Shown here: positions 1 to 11,917 of the stretch, piece by piece
Numbering within the stretch: position 1 is the stretch's first letter
Layout of the letters: each line of letters begins with the position of its first letter
Assembly (NCBI GenBank): GCA_013239625.1
Contig: MU053594.1
Coordinates: 1,281,444-1,324,104, forward strand
From: Lama guanicoe
Lineage: Eukaryota
Direction of reading: 5' to 3'
Length of the DNA: 42,661 nucleotides
Notes under the pieces: generated by a model
The model's database searches: none
Told to the model about the DNA's origin: nothing
The model's input: only the letters and a program-made list of their open reading frames with translations
Position numbers and translations under genes: made by a program

Positions 1-165
1 GGTGTGAGCTTGGCTCAGTTTCTCACCCCTTCTAACTATGAGGCAGGCTCTGCACCAGTCTAGCTCCTACACCTGAGTGATGCTGAATCACTGTGAGGAC
101 CCTGAGGAAGGACAAAGCTAGAGAGGCTGAGTTATCTATGTGATAAATTAAGATGGGGAGTGGAG

Positions 166-608
166 GTTAGTTCAGGTCCTCTGAGAAGCAGACACCAAGA
201 TGGGATTAAATGTGTGGACTTCATTAAGTAAATGCCTATGGAGAAGAAATAAGGAGGGAACTGGACAAGCCAAGGGAAGGTGTCATCCCAGGGCAGGTCT
301 GGCTCCAGAGAAGGAGAAAGAAAGAAGGTGGAGGGAAGCACCCTAGTCTGGCCTGCCTTGCAGTCTAAGGAAGGTTCAGACAAGCCATTGAAAGTCCTTG
401 GGCAAAATTGGCTGACAAAGGGGTGCCTTGTCTTTTAGGAATGAGTCTGCCTTAGCATCCTGGTCACATGCAGTCAGTGGTGGGGGGCAGCTCAGGGAAG
501 CATGGCTTTGGTGCAGAGGTGTCCATGGATCTCAATGCACGGCAGCCAGGGACCTCGGACAGTGACTGAGGCACAATCAGTACCGGGAGGTTATTCTCTC
601 GGCCACCG
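166..608 (-). mobile_element. ERVL solo LTR, LTR33-like
   Basis: Begins gttagttcaggtcctctgagaagcagacaccaagatgggatta and ends ...ggccaccg. Collinear with the recalled reverse LTR33 consensus (e.g. gcagtctaaggaaggtt, aggaatgagtctgccttag, gggaagcatggc). Confidence 0.65.
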
Positions 609-869
609 TGGAAGGAGACAGAGAGAAAGACGGATCAGAGGGCAGAAGCTGAGATGCGACTTGGTGGAGGGAGCTGTGGGCTGAAAGAATGCAGAGCAGT
701 AAAACGAACGAGAATGTAAAACTTGTTGGAAATTACAAGCTATCATCTCATTATTATTTCTGCAAAAATACAAGTTATAGACTGGGAATTCTTTTTCTTA
801 TTTTTGGCCACCTGGGCTGTACGCCTCCCAGCGTGACTGAGTCTAGGACCAGTTCCAGTATCCACCAAA

Positions 870-1088
870 TCATTTGCTAAAATATGGTGCCTACGATGTA
901 ACAGATGTGGTTCTAAGTGCCTTATAACAAATGAGTCATTTAGTCCTCACAACAAACATTTGATCTGGGTATGATTGTAATGATCCTTTTACAGATGAGG
1001 AACTGGAGGCACAGAGAAGTTGAATAACTTGCCCAAAGTCACAGCCAGGAAGTGGAGGAGCTGGGATTTGTACCCCAGAGTCTATGGC
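870..1088 (-). mobile_element. MIR SINE
   Basis: MIR core: ttttacagatgaggaactggaggcacagagaagttgaataacttgcccaaagtcacagcc...ctgggatttg. Confidence 0.9.
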
Positions 1089-1559
1089 ACATGGCCACCC
1101 ACCCCTGGCCATCACCATATCTCTAGTCCCTTCTTCCCATGCCTCACCTCTGCTCAGGGGTCCTGCAGCATGCAGTCATGTCCCTCTCTGATCCCCAACT
1201 CTCCCGCACCCTCCTCTAGCACATAGCACAGGCCAGTCTAGGTGCTCACTATGTATCTGCCAATTCTGGGTTTGGACCATCTTCTGAAGCATTTGTACCC
1301 TGTAATCCCAAACTCTGCTCAGTTATTTGGGGCTTGCCTAGCTCAACACTGGCTCTTAACTAGGATTGAGCTTCATTTTGGGTTAGGAGGAAAAATGTCT
1401 CCATAGAGGGACATGGCACAATCTTCAGTGTCACCTCAACCAGTATCCCACAGCCTTCTGAAGGTCTAACTGCTTCTTCTCATGCCCCTATCTTTACTTT
1501 TTCCAAGCTCTTAGTAAAGTCTTCAGCCTTCTGCTTCAATGTAAGATTAAATGCTACAC

Positions 1560-1996
1560 ATGTGCCTGCACACCTAGTCACTGCCAGGTGGGGCCCCAGG
1601 CACGTGGGAGGGTCCACACTTGCTAAGACTGTCCTCATGCCCAAGAGACTGCAACATTAAAGAGCAGTTAAAAAACACCATGACAGATTGAGAGAAAAGC
1701 TGTATAGTTTAAAACTTTAAACAGGGAAAAGTTTTGTATTTTAGAAAATTTCAAATTTTATTTTATTTTTTAATTTCTGGGGGGGAGGTAATTATGTTTT
1801 TATTTATTTACTTTAATGGAGGTACTGGGGATTGAACCCAGGACCTTCTGCATGCTAAGTGCACACTCTACCACTGAGCTATACCATTCCCCCAATATTT
1901 TAGACTCTTTAACAGTGCTTTTCCCCCTGGTTTTTAACAAGGGGGCCCCACACTTTTATTTTGCAACAGGCCCCACACGTGATGCAGCCAGCCCCG
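1560..1996 (+). mobile_element. hAT-Tip100 non-autonomous DNA transposon (MER45B-like), interrupted by a SINE
   Basis: actgcaacattaaagagcagttaaaaaacaccatgacag and the terminal aacaagggggccccacacttttattttgcaacaggccccaca...gccagccccg resemble the MER45 3' part. Confidence 0.55.
1756..1893 (-). mobile_element. Camelid tRNA-Ala-derived SINE (vic-1 type)
   Basis: Minus strand: ggggg..gtatagctcagtggtagag (A box), cttagcatgc (Ala-AGC anticodon arm), gggttcaatcccc (B box), taattacctccccc and an A-rich tail. Confidence 0.85.
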
Positions 1997-2399
1997 TGTT
2001 CACCCCCCAGGCAGTACGGGACTTCTCACTGAAACTCAGCCCAGGGGCTTTGGGCCAAGAAGGGCCAGGCCCTCAAGGACTGGGGCTTCCAGGACTGCAA
2101 TGAAAGGGGCACTTCAGCATTCCATCCTCAGTCTTCAAGTCCCCCGCCCCTCCCTGCCTACCTTGGTGGGCCCTGGCAGCATCTGGCCTCCCCCGTGCTC
2201 CCCCAGCCTTTCCTGAGTTCCTGCCCCGCTTGCCCCTCCACTGACTTTCTGCCTTTGCCCTCCTAATGGGAGGGGCCTGTGGTGCTCTCTGCCTCTCTCT
2301 TTCCCTAACTGACTGGGTCCCCAGCTTGGCTCTTACCTGCTCCTCTGGTGGAAGGTGACTTCCAAAGGCCATTCCCCAGCCATCCTCTCTCAGCAGCTC

Positions 2400-3318
2400 C
2401 TGGTCCCCACTTACAAAGCCAGCCAATTAAGCAAATCTTCCTTGGATGCACATGCAAGTCCCTCTGTGCTTCTCAGTACAGACTGTCATCCCCAACTCAA
2501 CGTGTTAAAAATGGAAGCTACTCATCTTCCCCCCTCAAGTCACTCTTTCCTTTGACTTTTCTATTTCCAGCCGTGACATTCTCATCCTAACAGTCATCCA
2601 GGATCGAAACTCCCCAATTGTCCTTTCTTCTTCTCTTTCCTTCACCTCCAACTTCCATGAGAGCTCAAATCTTGTCATTCCTCCCTTAAAAATATGTCTT
2701 GTGTTTGTTTCTTCCTGTCAGTTTCCATTTCCAGTGGTGTAGTTCAGACTTTAATCAACTCATATTAGACAAGAGCTTCCAACTGACCTCTGTAGCTTGC
2801 ATCTCTTCCTCTGCTAATTATTTGTGTGCAAGGCTCTAGGAATAAGTTTATTAAAAACTGTTCTGTTGGTGGTGTCATTCTGTTACTCAAGATTTTTCAG
2901 TGGTTGCCTATCCATGAGCCTAGTACACTTCTCTCATTTATTAGTCATAAGAACTGGTCATGTCTGATATGGTCATGTCACTTCTCTACTGAAACTTCTA
3001 TGGCTTTCCATTGCTCAGAATAAACCCTAACATGACCTGGATACACACAGACTCACTTTGCCTAGGTAATTCCTAATCTCTTTTCTGAGCTCAACCTCCT
3101 TGCCATAAAGGGTTAGAAGTACTTCATACTTCTCTTTTGAAACCCTTACCACTGTTGTGATTTCACGGTGCAATCAAAGATTCCATGTTACCCTTTCCTA
3201 CTAGAATACAAGCTTCATAAGGGTGAAAACTGGGTTGATCTTGTTCAGACAGACCTTTCCCCTTGCCTGATGAATAATAGACCTTCCATAAATATTTGTT
3301 GGATGGATGAATGAATGA
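2400..3318 (+). mobile_element. LINE-2 3' region, fragmented
   Basis: Pyrimidine-rich L2 3' motifs (cagtggttgccta, tggctttccattgctcagaataaa), ending in the typical taaatatttgttggatggatgaatgaatga tail. Confidence 0.8.
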
Positions 3319-3639
3319 CCACTTACTGAACACCAGGATCTCTGCTAAGTGATTCATCTCATTGAATCCTCACAACACTTGTTTGGTATTATTTTCACTC
3401 TGCAGAAACCTGAAATGCCAAACGTCACAGGCATTATAGACAAGAGGCCATCCTGCACCCTGGCTAAACAGGTCTCCACCACTGCCAAACACACCTTGCA
3501 CTTTCTCAGCTCTCTGCCTTTCTGGCTTTGCGTCCACCTGAAATACCCCTTCTCCCTTCACCTGCTGAAATCCTAGCCACCTTTTAAGGTCTCACCTTAA
3601 AAGGGGCTCCTGCTACCTTCTCACCTGGACTTAAATATA

Positions 3640-3850
3640 TACAATGGATTGGAACGTGGGCTCTGGAATCAGACAGACTTGGATTTGAATTCTAACTACT
3701 CCCCCACTTACAAGCTGGTGACTTTGAGCGTGTTACTTAAGCTCAGTTCTCTTGTCTTCAATGCAGTGGTATTAAGTACCTCACTCAGGAAGTGTAAATG
3801 AGATCAGGTGTCTGGAGGGTTTCATCTGGAGCCTGGTTTATAGAAGGAGC
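3640..3850 (+). mobile_element. MIR SINE
   Basis: gggctctggaatcagacagacttggatttgaattc...gtgactttgagcgtgttacttaa matches the MIR 5' tRNA-like region and core. Confidence 0.8.
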
Positions 3851-4138
3851 TAAAGGATGGCTAGCCTTTCTTTTCATCTTCCTCTCATTTCTCCTTCTCT
3901 TTCTTGTCCTCTCCTCTTCCTTCTCCTCCAAAATCTGCTCTCATTCCTAGCCTCATTCCGTGGACTCACACCTACCAGACCTGCCCACACCATCCTGGAA
4001 TTCACTGTATTTCCTTCTAACATCAGTATTGACTGTTGGCGAAATCTACCATCAATCATTGGTAGAACAGTCCATGTGGCACATTTACGTATGTCCCCTG
4101 AATATTTGCCGGGTGATAGTGGAGAGATACACATTTTT

Positions 4139-4646
4139 TTGTTTTTATTGAGTTATAGTCATTTTACAATGTTGTATCAATTTCCAGTGTAGAGCACAAT
4201 TTTTCATTATACAGTTATACATGAACATACATATATTCATTGTCACATTCTTTTTCGCTGTGAGCTACCACAAGATCTTGTATATATTTCCCTATGCTAT
4301 ACAGTATAATCTTGTTTATCTATTCTGTATATACCTGTCAGTACCTACAAATTTCAAACTCTCAGTCTGTCCCTTCCCACCCACACCCCCCACAACCGCA
4401 AGTTTGTGTTCTATGTCTATGAGTCTGTTTCTGTTTTGTATTTATGCTAATTTTTTTTTTTTTAGATTCCACATATGAGTGATCACATATGGTAGTTTTC
4501 TTTCTCTTTCCGCTTACTTCACTTAGAATGACATTCTCCAGGGACACCCACTTTGCTGCAAATGGTGTTATGTTGTCATTTTTATAGCTGAATAGTATTC
4601 CATTGTATAAATATACCACATCTTCCTTATCCAGTCCCTCTCATTT
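4139..4646 (-). mobile_element. 5'-truncated young LINE-1 (ORF2 C-terminus + 3'UTR) with 14-bp TSD
   Basis: Translates to L1 ORF2 C-terminal motifs (WIRKMWYIYTMEYYSAIK; ITPFAAKWVSLENVILSE). TSD agatacaca[t/g]tttt at 4125-4138 and 4647-4660. Confidence 0.95.
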
Positions 4647-6239
4647 AGATACACAGTTTTCATCCTTCTCTCCACCTCAAATCTTTGAGTTCTTTTGCAC
4701 TGGAACTTTACAAAAGGTCTGAATTCAGACTCATTCAGACCCAGCTCCTGAGGGCCCAAATTCCCTGGGAGGAGAACAGCCAGTGTAAGTTAAGTATAAA
4801 AGAATTTGGAACTTGGTTTTCTACATACTCCAATTACCCAAGGCAGAGCTCAGAGGAGGCTCCCTGGAGGAGTCTCTATTTCCTCTATTTGGTCAAAAGG
4901 ATCACAGCCATTAAGAAGTGAATTTAACATTCATTATTTTCCCCAGACCCCTAAGTTCTACTTAACCCTTTGGTCAACCCTATAAACTCAGACAGACCCA
5001 GCATTGAACATGACATTCCACCGGGTCCAACAGGTGATGTGGCTAATTCAGCAAGGAAGCTGAGTGCATTTTTTTTTTGGCTTTTCAGGGGATTAATATA
5101 AGCAGCCAAGGGGAAAACTAATTAATGATAAAGAATTACTTCAGCCCCCAATACCTGCAGTGCATATTTCCAAAGCACTTTGGATGATGAGAGGTGTTAT
5201 TTAAGGGAATAAATAACAACATTTACAGGCTTTGCCTGGAGAGTGTGATCAGCTTTGTATAATCCCCTGAAACTGTTCTCAGCGTGGAAGCCCACGCTGG
5301 GGAGCAGCCTCTCAGAGAGCCCGAGGGTAGGTTTTGCTGGAGCTTGGGGCCCCTGATGGGTAGATCTGAGTCCCGGGCATCTGCTCAGAAGAACTTCCAG
5401 AAGTACCACTGGCCCAGACTGACTCCCTTTGGGCCTGCTGATGGACCCAAATCCACTCCCCTACAAAGGAGGTATATTTTAGGACTTCTTTAGTCATTAA
5501 TGCTACAGAGAGAATTAATCAACTAGTTTTCTTCGATGGCGAAATAGAAGTTTGGACTGAAAGAAGGGATCTGAAGGATGAAGTGGTAGCAAGGGAAGAG
5601 GGTCCAACTCAATGGGCCTAGTGAAGAATTGCTTTGGTAGATGGAGAGAAAGCAAGAGGGAGGAGATGGAGTCTACTCCATCTTGTTTAAGTCTACTGCA
5701 ATCTTGGTTTCCATATCCTATGATTTGCCTTCTGGAATCAGCCTCCTCACCCAGCGTTCTCTTTTCTCCATCCCAGCCTAGCCCTATCCTCCAGCTTCAA
5801 TGATTTTCTGCCAAGTCCAACCATAATTCTTCTCTCCAATCTCAAGAACCACCCTACCCCACCTCCCCAGTGAGTATCCTTTCTTGTCAAAAGATTTGAA
5901 CCATTGAACAATTGAATGCAATGTTAAATTTTGTTCTGCTCAGGATAGGGGCATATCCAGGCACCTTGAAGGATCCTCAGGACCACCAGAGGTCTGCTTA
6001 TGAGGAACCAAGAGGTTTCTAACCAGAAGACTTCACTCTAAAGAAAAGAAAGTCAAGGGGAGATGACTTTTGGAATCATAAGAGCAGAACAATTCTGAGT
6101 TCGGACCTGCATCTGCCCTTGGAATCCATGCCCCAACTCTGGGGGATGGATCCTGCTGTAAAGGAAGAAGTCAGAATGATGATAATGATCATGATCATGA
6201 AATGCACCCTCACTAGTATCTGCACTGGCCTTAGAGAGG

Positions 6240-6350
6240 TATAGGCAGCTGGTAGCAAGTTTCTATAGCATGGGATGGGCGGGGCAGAGGGGGTTCCTGC
6301 AATGAGCCAATAGCAGCTGCAGTAGTGGCCTTCAGTTTGAGTCAACACAA
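6240..6350 (+). promoter_or_regulatory. Promoter/enhancer-like motif cluster (GC box, CCAAT, AP-1, E-boxes)
   Basis: TGGGCGGGGC 6276-6285, AGCCAATAG 6305-6313, CAGCTG 6246 and 6314, TGAGTCA 6338-6344, all in apparently non-repetitive DNA. Confidence 0.4.
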
Positions 6351-7989
6351 CTTGACCCCAGGAGAAGCTTTAGAAGAAGGCTATGAAGAAAATGCTGTCC
6401 TACTACAGGGGGATTAAGAAGTCCAGCTTGTAGAAACCTTGTTAGGCTTCTGAGACATTCTCTGTAGCCTCCCAGGACCATGTAAGAGGTGTACGAACAG
6501 GGCTGGAATTCCCAAAGCGTGGGAAGGTTTAGAAGAGGACAAATCCTGATGCTCCTATTTCTCACTCCCTACACTGATGCGTCTTGACAAGTTAGGTATC
6601 TGACTTCAGAAGGAGGGTGGGCTTTACGAAACCTTGTAGCTTCTTCTGTTCACAACTCTATCTTTACAAAAAGATAATTTTTTTTCTAAGAAAGCTGATG
6701 GAAACTCTAGGCAAAGGCTCTAAAGGAAAAACAGGATATGTTTTCCCTTCACCCTAAAACTTTGCCCAACATTCACCAGCTTCATGATCCACTGTGACAC
6801 CTTCTTGGCAAAACATTGAGAAGAATCAGCTTATGGTGCATAGCTTACCAAATGTTCAAACATTTTGTTTACCATAAAGTCATAATGCTTCCCAGAGAAG
6901 GAGTGGTGGGAGTAGGCACTCAATCATTACAGATAAAATTTGCTAATTCATTGCAGTTTCAATGATCTCAGTTCCTAAAATAGTGGGGTAGCTTTTAAAA
7001 ATGAAACTCTTTTCAGTAGCTGGTGGTTTCTACGCACCATGAAGATGACGCCTGTTTTTGGGGATGATATCAGTTTTAAGTTTAGCCTCTGAATCACATT
7101 GTCTAATTAGACACCATTAACCTCAGCATCAAACTTTGCACTGTGGCTAGAAAACAATTTTTTAAAATAGTTAGCTTCAGGTAGAGAAGCTTTCCTTCCT
7201 CCTACATTTTGGGATTCCCACAACTCAAGTTATCTGTGATGAGGTCATCCTAACCCTGTTTCTTCAGGGTTCCTGCCCCACTTTGAGGGGAGGGGAGAAT
7301 TTCTTGCCCCCTATGTGTTAAGTGTGGTCCCCCAAGTCTGTCTCCCTGTTAAATGAAGGGAAGGGAGCAAACCACTGAAAGAGAGAGTTATTCTGCTGAT
7401 GCCACCTTTTGATGCTCAAATAGCTCTTAGTATCTCGAATGCCTTTCCACTTCCTTTTGAAACCTCATAGTCATGGTCATGATCCTGGTGCCCATCTCTT
7501 CTGTGCTCCCTAAACACTTGATTCATGTGTAATCAGTGGCAAAGCCAAAGGATAACTTGGGGGGACTGCAGCCTCACCTCCATCAGCCTCTCCAAACCCA
7601 CCTCACATTTGAAAAAGACGCTTTTACTAGACAAAGACAATGGATATTTTATCACTGAGATATAAATTGCATCTTTATTAAATGTTACTTCATTGCCTGA
7701 TCTGCTGCATAGCCTGTGAAATAAAACAAAACAGAGTTTCATGCAAATGAATCTTCAAAACAAGACTCATTTCTAACCAGATTCCCAACGTTTGGGCAAA
7801 TCATCAGTTTTGCCCAATAAAGAAACTTCTCCTCTGGCATAACCCTTGACTCATTTAGGTGGCTAGACTCTTGGGTCTACATAGTGAACTTCCCAAGAGA
7901 GGCAGGGATAGTATGTCATGTTTTCTTCAAGTATTTTCATTGTGGTTATTGCTGTAACTGCTGAAGAAAAGATGGTGCATCATTGTCGA

Positions 7990-8330
7990 CCGTTCTTCTT
8001 GCATTCCCCTCAGATAACCATCACAATTCATTTGACGTATGTCCTTTCATGTCACTTGTCGTATTAGCTAAACATAATAATAAATAATACCATTGTGTGT
8101 AGTTTTAAAATTTACCCAGATGGGATCGTCATGTGACTATCATGCCACAGCTTGATTTTTTCCTCTCATGCTTATAATTTGAAGTTAATACAAATAGATG
8201 GCTTTCATTACGTTTAGCTGAGGGAGTATAATCGCAACATGTTCCATTTCATCTAGCCAGTTGCATATTGTTGATTCATTTAAATTGACTACAACTTCTT
8301 CCTGTTAAAAGTAAAAGAGAATCTTGTGCT
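7990..8330 (-). mobile_element. Ancient L1M (L1ME-like) 3'UTR fragment
   Basis: Degenerate antisense L1ME 3'-end phrases (cagataaccatc, ttttaaaatttac..atgggatc, cttgattttttcctctca). Confidence 0.5.
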
Positions 8331-8339
8331 TCCAGCACA

Positions 8340-8835
8340 AATATCAAGATGGTAAACCTAATTGTATCAATAATCGTATTAAATAAGGTCTAATACTCCA
8401 ATGAAAGGGCAGAGATAGATTGAATAAAAAAAGTGAGACCCAACAATATGCTGCCTACTAGAAATTCACTTTTTAATGACATAAAATAGATTAAGAATAA
8501 AAATGAGAGAAAAGGTATATCATGGGAACACTAATCAAAAGAGAGGAAATAGCTATATTAATTTCAGACAAAGTAAACTTCACTGCAAAGAATATTAACA
8601 GAGATATAAGAAAAGTTCATTTTATAATTATAAATGGGTCAGTTCATGAAGAGGACATAATTTTAACAGGTATGCACCTAATAACAGAAATTAAAAATGC
8701 ATGAATCAAAAACTGATAGAATTGTAGACAAATCTACAATTATAATGGGAAATTCTAATTCCCCTCTCAATAATTTACAGAATAAGTAGACAAGAAATCT
8801 GTAAGGATATAGAAAACTTAAGCAGTGCTATCAAG
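8340..8835 (+). mobile_element. Old L1M ORF2 endonuclease-domain fragment
   Basis: Residual translation IAILISDKVNF...HFIIINGSVHEEDI matches the L1 ORF2 APE endonuclease. The frame is disrupted. Confidence 0.9.
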
Positions 8836-8839
8836 CTTT

Positions 8840-9371
8840 CTCAGCTCTAAGTGGAAGACATCCCTGATTCAAAGGGACAAGTGACAAGCAATAAAATATT
8901 TTTCTTAAGCAGAAGTCCAAGGTTGGAGGATTCAGTGGTTCAGAAGCCTAAGTTCTACTGTTTTGATATTCTTCCACCTTCAGCATGTCAGCTTTCTCCT
9001 CCGACCGGCTCCTCTCATGGTTACAAGATAGTTACCCAGTTCCGGTATCATATCAGACATACTGGCATGTAAAGGAAGAAGAGATCTCTTCCTATCTCTC
9101 TTCCGATGTCTCTCTCTTAGGAGAGAAAATCGTTCCGACAGACTTCCTTCCATGCTCATGTGCAAACCAATAAGCATTATGGGAAATGAGACCACCACGA
9201 CTGGCTTAGGGCAACCAGAACTGTGTCTGAGGATGGAGCAGGCCTCCCCTGAAGCATATGGCTGAATGAAAAGAGTGGAAAAATAAATAAAATCAAGGTT
9301 CTCCTTGGGATGGAGAAACTGGATGAGATGGGAAATGAAGACAAGCCAGACAGTCAATAGTAGATGTTACA
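8840..9371 (-). mobile_element. MaLR solo LTR (MLT1K/L-like)
   Basis: ctcatggttacaagatag, gggaaatgagaccaccacgactggcttag, aaaatcaaggttct and a terminal ...tgttaca are typical of old reverse MLT1 LTRs. Confidence 0.65.
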
Positions 9372-9974
9372 CCAGATTTCTCCTGAATAAGGAAGTTCCA
9401 CAACTCGGGTTCAGACTGAAAAGGGGCCTAGTAGTATTTGAAATAGACCAGAAACAGCCGTGGGAGAGAAGAGTGGGTTCTCCAGCAGAAACAGAGATCA
9501 ATACAGGGCTACCCAGGGATGTTGGCCCATCTCTTCCAGGACCGTTTCTTCCACACACCTCCATGCTGTGGCCTCCACCTCTTTTGCCAAATCTAACTTC
9601 ATGAAACCAGAAGCATCTAGCTTGAAAACTGCTGTCCTGGGAGCTTTGGCTCTTTTCAAATAGCAGGATTAACAGCAGCCTCAGGAAACCGCCCCACCAA
9701 GGAGCCATTAGCCAAAAGCGCTGACAGCTGGTTAGCTGGAGCGAGTCCACCAGGACAGAGCTCTCCCGTTGTGAGGGGGTGGGAGACCATTGTGCAGTGG
9801 TGCTTGTTGAAATCTTTAAGCAACATTGACCTCAGAAGCAGGAAATGCTCTGCTCCCACCCCATAGAGAGGTGTTTTACATGCACAGCCAACCTAGAGGC
9901 CAATTGGGAAAGGGGACCAGTAGGGAAGGAAAGAAGCAGAAATTCAATTTCAAAGGTCAGTCTTTACTAAGATG

Positions 9975-10162
9975 GCTTTGGACCACTTCTACTGAAAATG
10001 CAGTGTCATCGACATCATCGTTGTCAACTGGGAGCCTGGGAGAAATGCAGTTTCTGAAGCTAAACCCCAAACCTATTGAATCAAATTCTTAGGGTTAGAG
10101 GCCCATAAATTTGTGTCTTAACAGGATCTCCAGGGATTTCTTCAAGTTTAAGAGGCTTTGCT
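9975..10162. mobile_element. hAT-Charlie MITE (MER5A/B-like)
   Basis: ctgggagcctgggagaaatgcagtttct...ccccaaacctattgaatcaaattct...ttaacaggatctccagggatttc...aagtttaagagg. Confidence 0.75.
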
Positions 10163-10467
10163 TTAGATTCGTGTGGTACTTGTGCTTTTCCTAGAAACTT
10201 CCATAGATCTTAAGAGGGCAGAAGTGGTCAGCAGGGAGAAAGGTGAGACCCCAGACATCTTCCCACTGAAAGAAGACAATTAGTTAGCTACAAAAATAGT
10301 GAGGAGGGGCAGGGCCTGGAAGAAACAGATCAGTAACTTACCTTGAATGAGGGTTTCTGTCGGAGATGTCATCAGTCTGGAAGAAAATCCAGTGTGTATC
10401 AGCCACGTAATCAAGACATTTCAGGGGAGGGGTTTTATGAAGGAAAGGAAAACACTCAGCGCCCCTG

Positions 10468-10557
10468 CCTAGGTCTGTTTGGATGCACACTGCACAACAC
10501 CAGGATGAACCTATGATGCTATTAGTGTCCTGGAATTGTGCAGCATGGCAGTCCCGC
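10468..10557. mobile_element. Possible MER91-like hAT MITE fragment
   Basis: Internal inverted repeat tgcacaacaccagga ... tcctggaattgtgca, as in MER91. Confidence 0.35.
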
Positions 10558-10584
10558 TGATCAAAGCATTTTAGATCTTGAAAG

Positions 10585-10700
10585 CACCATAAATCTCAAT
10601 CCCTTCAACTTAGAGACCAAACATAGTGAATTAACTTGACCAAGATCACGTGGTTTATGTGGCAAGCAGAACCAAGACTTTGAAATCCGAAGTTTTCATG
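10585..10700 (-). mobile_element. MIR fragment
   Basis: taacttgaccaagatcac...gtggcaagcagaaccaagactttgaaatcc. Confidence 0.55.
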
Positions 10701-11046
10701 CAGGAAGTAAGTGTCCTTAAAAAATAATTCAGAAGAGATAAAGAGCTAAATGTTAAAAATATATATGTATTAGTTTTATTTCAACCCACAATAACAGAAT
10801 AACCCCAGCACAAGTATCTAAGCTGACGATAGTAGTTGTATAAATTATGTTAAATTTAACTACATTAGTTACATTAATTACATGAATATATAAATATATA
10901 TATACATATATACCTACATTGTACATGTACAAATGTGTACATTACCAGTCATGTACATGTAGACACTATCTTGAACATTCCAGCCCCAACAGATGTGCCA
11001 TATTTCCAGCTGGAGACAGATCAGGCACCAAATGGTTGTGATTCTT

Positions 11047-11178
11047 TTTTTATTTATTTTTTGGCGGAGGGAGGGAGGTAATTAGGTTTATGTATTTTTG
11101 GAGGAGCCACTGGGCATAGAACCCAAGACCCTGTGCACGCTAGACATGCGTTCTACCACTTGAGCTATACCCTCCCCC
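11047..11178 (-). mobile_element. Camelid tRNA-derived SINE (vic-1 type) with TSD
   Basis: A box tagctcaagtgg, degenerate B box gggttctatgccc and an A-rich tail. TSD a[t/c]ggttgtgattctt at 11032-11046 and 11179-11193. Confidence 0.92.
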
Positions 11179-11917
11179 ACGGTTGTGATTCTTAATTCCT
11201 CTCTTCTTCACAGCTGGTGGTGTTCATATAGTTGTACGTATATTTATGTGTACATATGTATAGTTATGAAATTTGTCTTTTCTTGGGCCTTCTCTCATAT
11301 TTTAGCAGTGACTGGAGAGTGGAAATTAATGATGCCAAGAATCACAGGCAGCGGAGCTGTCTATGAGGTTTAGCACAACAGGTTTTTAAGGTTTATGAGC
11401 TTCAGATAAATATTTCCAAAAATATGTGCTAGCCTCTCTGCCTAGTCCAGCAGAACCTGACAGGTAGCCCCCCACATTAGAATGAAATTTTGTTCAAGCG
11501 GTTTCATCGGGGTGAGAGGAGTGCGCACTTTTTACCTAGTGTGGATGCCTGAATATAATTCACCTGAATTAAGTATATGCTCATGTCTGCAGGGTTCTTT
11601 AACAAAGGACTTCCTTAAGACTATGAAAGAAATTGTTAAAATCTCTAAACCAAATTGCTTATGATAGATACTCACACACTACAAAGCTACAAGTCTCCAA
11701 TTCCTCTTCAAAACATTAGTGTGAGATTAGTGAGAGTAACGGAACAGAGTCTGCCTGGCACCATCTCAACCCCTTTCATTCCACGCACTGTAGATCCTCT
11801 TCCGTGTGTCCCATCCTGTCTGCGCAGCTATGTCAGACTCTGCAGGGACTTTCTTTTCTTATTAGAGAAAGTTCTAGTCTTTGCTTAAGCCATTTTCAAA
11901 GTAGAGTCTTTAAGAAC

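Noticed and set aside
1816..1893. tRNA-Ala-like sequence (also at about 11105-11178 and 24995-25072)
   Set aside because: Each is followed by SINE body and poly-A, and the acceptor stem is degraded. These are SINE heads, not tRNA genes.
10855..10965. TA/GTAC-rich palindromic stretch (tgtacatgtaca)
   Set aside because: It is a degenerate (TA/CA)n low-complexity region, so self-complementarity follows from composition.
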